DNA from: an uncultured Alphaproteobacteria bacterium
GTDB taxonomy: Bacteria > Pseudomonadota > Alphaproteobacteria > RF32 > CAG-239
Length of the DNA: 64,000 nucleotides
NCBI GenBank assembly: GCA_910576955.1
Contig: CAJTJB010000005.1
Coordinates: 2,844 to 66,843, forward strand
Direction of reading: 5' to 3'
Of this stretch, positions 63,048 through 64,000 are shown one piece after another. The translations under genes and the position numbers were made by a program. The notes beneath the pieces were generated by a model that saw only the letters and a list, made by a program, of their open reading frames with translations, did not search any database and had not been told where the DNA came from. Position 1 is the first letter of the stretch. Every line of letters begins with the position of its first letter.

Positions 63048-63208
63048 TTTTTACACCTGAATTTTTAATTGTTTTATAAAATAAATAAAACTTAAAGTTA
63101 TATATGTCAATAAATTTATTTGTCTTCAGGCTTTTTTGTTGAAATAAAACTTGAAAAAAAACAAAAGAAAAGTACAATCGCAACAAATATATACAAAAGA
63201 AGGTAAAA

Positions 63209-64000
63209 ATGAATAAATTTGATGTTATAGTTGTCGGCGGCGGACATGCCGGTTGTGAAGCTGCTGCTGCTGCTGCAAGAACGGGCGCGGCAACTGCTTT
63301 AATAACGCACAAAATCTCTACCATTGGTGAAATGTCTTGCAATCCGGCTATCGGCGGACTCGGTAAGGGGCATTTGGTTAGAGAAATTGATGCTTTAGAT
63401 GGTTTAATGGCAAAAGTAATCGATAAAGCCGGAATACAATTTCGGATGTTGAATTCTTCCAAAGGACCGGCTGTGCAGGGACCGCGCGCACAAGCAGACC
63501 GCACGTTGTATAAAAAAGAAATGTTGAAAGAGTTAAAACGGCAACCGAATTTATGTTTAATAGAAGGCGCGGTTGAAGGATTGATAATAAGCGATAACCA
63601 CATAAATGGCGTCAGCTTGTCGGATGGTACTGAATATTATGCAAAATCTACTGTTTTAACGGTTGGAACATTTTTAAACGGTATAATGTTTACAGGGCAT
63701 AAAACCACAGTCGGCGGGCGTGTAAATGATGTAAGTTGTAAAGGTATAACGGCGTATTTAAAAGCGGCCGGGTTGAATGTCGGACGCTTGAAAACTGGTA
63801 CGCCCGCGCGCTTAAATGGCGATACGATAAATTGGGATATATTGGATGAACAAAGCGGTGACGATGAGCCGGTAGCTTTTTCTTTTTTGACTGATAAATT
63901 AACCCAGCCGCAAATCAAATGTTATATTACACATACAAATGAAACCACACATAAAATTATCCGTGATAACTTTTCAAAATGTGCACTCTTTTCAGGGCTG
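63209..64000 (+). CDS. mnmG: tRNA uridine 5-carboxymethylaminomethyl modification enzyme MnmG (5' portion, runs off the window)
   Basis: MNKFDVIVVGGGHAGCEAAAAAARTG FAD-binding N-terminus; no stop codon before the window end; the track ORF 62992-63603(-) is antisense to it. Confidence 0.9.
   Translation, partial: MNKFDVIVVGGGHAGCEAAAAAARTGAATALITHKISTIGEMSCNPAIGGLGKGHLVREIDALDGLMAKVIDKAGIQFRMLNSSKGPAVQGPRAQADRTLYKKEMLKELKRQPNLCLIEGAVEGLIISDNHINGVSLSDGTEYYAKSTVLTVGTFLNGIMFTGHKTTVGGRVNDVSCKGITAYLKAAGLNVGRLKTGTPARLNGDTINWDILDEQSGDDEPVAFSFLTDKLTQPQIKCYITHTNETTHKIIRDNFSKCALFSGL

Noticed and set aside
62992-63603. 203-aa minus-strand ORF in the track
   Set aside because: It overlaps the mnmG 5' coding region, which reads on the plus strand with a clear FAD-binding N-terminus. 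It is an antisense artefact.

Overview
Reading by eye, this is a gene-dense chromosomal window from a low-GC (about 38-42%) alphaproteobacterium, probably a Rickettsiales- or Holosporales-like host-associated organism. The ValRS is the short 876-aa type. Conserved adjacencies include yebC-ruvC, ruvA-ruvB-ybgC, Tim44-like next to secB, and coaE next to dnaQ. ppdK is present. Most of the window is housekeeping: ychF, trxB, rluC-like, rarA, yebC, ruvCAB, cysK, gmk, rpsA, valS, mltA, secB, trmL, cdnL, secA, sufCD, dnaE, nagAB, eno, ppdK, dnaQ, coaE, rho, mnmE and the start of mnmG. I found no rRNA, tRNA, CRISPR, IS element or prophage genes. The parts that look accessory or unusual are listed below. 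(1) A co-directional three-gene cluster on the minus strand, with a porin gene immediately upstream. The three genes are a retropepsin-like DUF785/RimB-like protease, a 7TM membrane protein with a large extracytoplasmic domain resembling the inactive-transglutaminase-7TM family, and a RimK-related ATP-grasp alpha-L-glutamate-ligase-like enzyme. Together with the OprB-type porin and a cyclophilin, the cluster sits between ruvC and ruvAB. (2) Three small, divergent paralogous ORFs in tandem (1265-2412), with a possible HTH-like motif and a conserved C-terminal ILxLFDTExERxRI motif. (3) Two paralogous outer-membrane protein genes sharing a sequence-identical roughly 660-bp 5' module (promoter, signal peptide and 117 N-terminal residues) with divergent beta-barrel C-terminal regions. 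(4) A very AT-rich 443-aa orphan gene between mnmE and mnmG. (5) A domain-1-only, degenerate DEAD-box-like protein. (6) A frameshifted or deleted HAD hydrolase gene. Coordinates of starts were adjusted by eye where the ORF track began at an upstream TTG/GTG or an N-terminal extension.
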